NCBI RefSeq assembly: GCF_006345805.1
Contig: NW_021829041.1
Location: forward strand, 1-6,998
Direction of reading: 5' to 3'
Source: Octopus sinensis
Taxonomy: Eukaryota
DNA length: 6,998 nt
The notes under the pieces are model-generated. The model worked only from the letters and a program-made list of their open reading frames with translations. It made no database searches and was not told the origin of the DNA. Below are positions 6,516 to 6,998 of the stretch, piece by piece. The first letter of the stretch is position 1. Every line of letters begins with the position of its first letter. The position numbers and the translations under genes were made by a program.

Positions 6516-6735
6516 CTTTCTAGTGCATTCAATATATTTCACATCCAAAGATTTGGCTGCTATTTCTAGCACGCCCTGCTACCAAATCTTTCCTTTTTCT
6601 GGGGAAAGGAACCGTTTACGCGTGATTTCGATGCCACATTCGTTGAAAGCATGCCAAACAACCTGGAAAAAAAGCCTACGAAACAAAACTCCGTTGCTGG
6701 AAAACTCAGACTTTCCCGGTACCTTGAATTATTGG

Positions 6736-6762
6736 TGACCCAAAGGGTCATGTATAGTCTAG
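6736..6762 (+). mobile_element. Candidate Helitron 3' terminus (hairpin + CTAG); 5' end not located
   Basis: Hairpin TGACCC-AAA-GGGTCA (6736-6750), 8-nt spacer, CTAG (6759-6762), followed by T. This is the canonical Helitron 3' arrangement. Confidence 0.4.
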
Positions 6763-6863
6763 TATATGTATGTATGTATGAATGTATGTATGTATGTATG
6801 TATGTATGTAAGTTTAGAAATCCATGTAAGTGTGTGTATATGTGTGTGTGTGATGGTGTGTGT
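6763..6863. repeat. (TATG)n followed by interrupted (TG)n microsatellite
   Basis: Directly visible. Confidence 0.9.
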
Positions 6864-6998
6864 AATAAAGCAACAAAAATTAATATGTGAAAGCTGCTTG
6901 GATTTGGAGGTGAATGCTACTTTAAGTTAGATTTCAGACAGAACAAAATGATTCCTTCAGCATGTGAACTGAAATAAATATTGATTGAAAAAGAAATA

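Noticed and set aside
6566-6890. ORFs 6566-6751 and 6651-6890
   Set aside because: No recognisable motif; the second runs through the TATG/TG microsatellite.

Overview
AT-rich, repeat-dense eukaryotic non-coding DNA (intergenic or intronic). The repeat content points to a coleoid cephalopod, most likely Octopus; this is recognition of the repeat types, not a database result. No intact protein-coding gene is supported, and nearly all ORF-track entries are microsatellite or SINE artefacts. The window holds one full-length tRNA-derived CORE-like SINE (484-897, minus) and five copies or fragments of a tRNA-derived Nin/Deu-domain-like SINE, one with a clear target-site duplication. It also holds two 5'-truncated ends of distinct R4/Dong-like non-LTR retrotransposons, both embedded in (TAA)n tracts, and many microsatellites. 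Structures not explained by these elements: an old diverged inverted duplication (about 3543-3823 vs 5393-5690) bracketing the SINE/LINE pile-up; a 103-bp near-perfect palindrome (3366-3468); a degenerate hammerhead-ribozyme-like motif (5943-6007); a Helitron-like 3' end (6736-6762); and a weak LRR-like coding relic (1759-1957).
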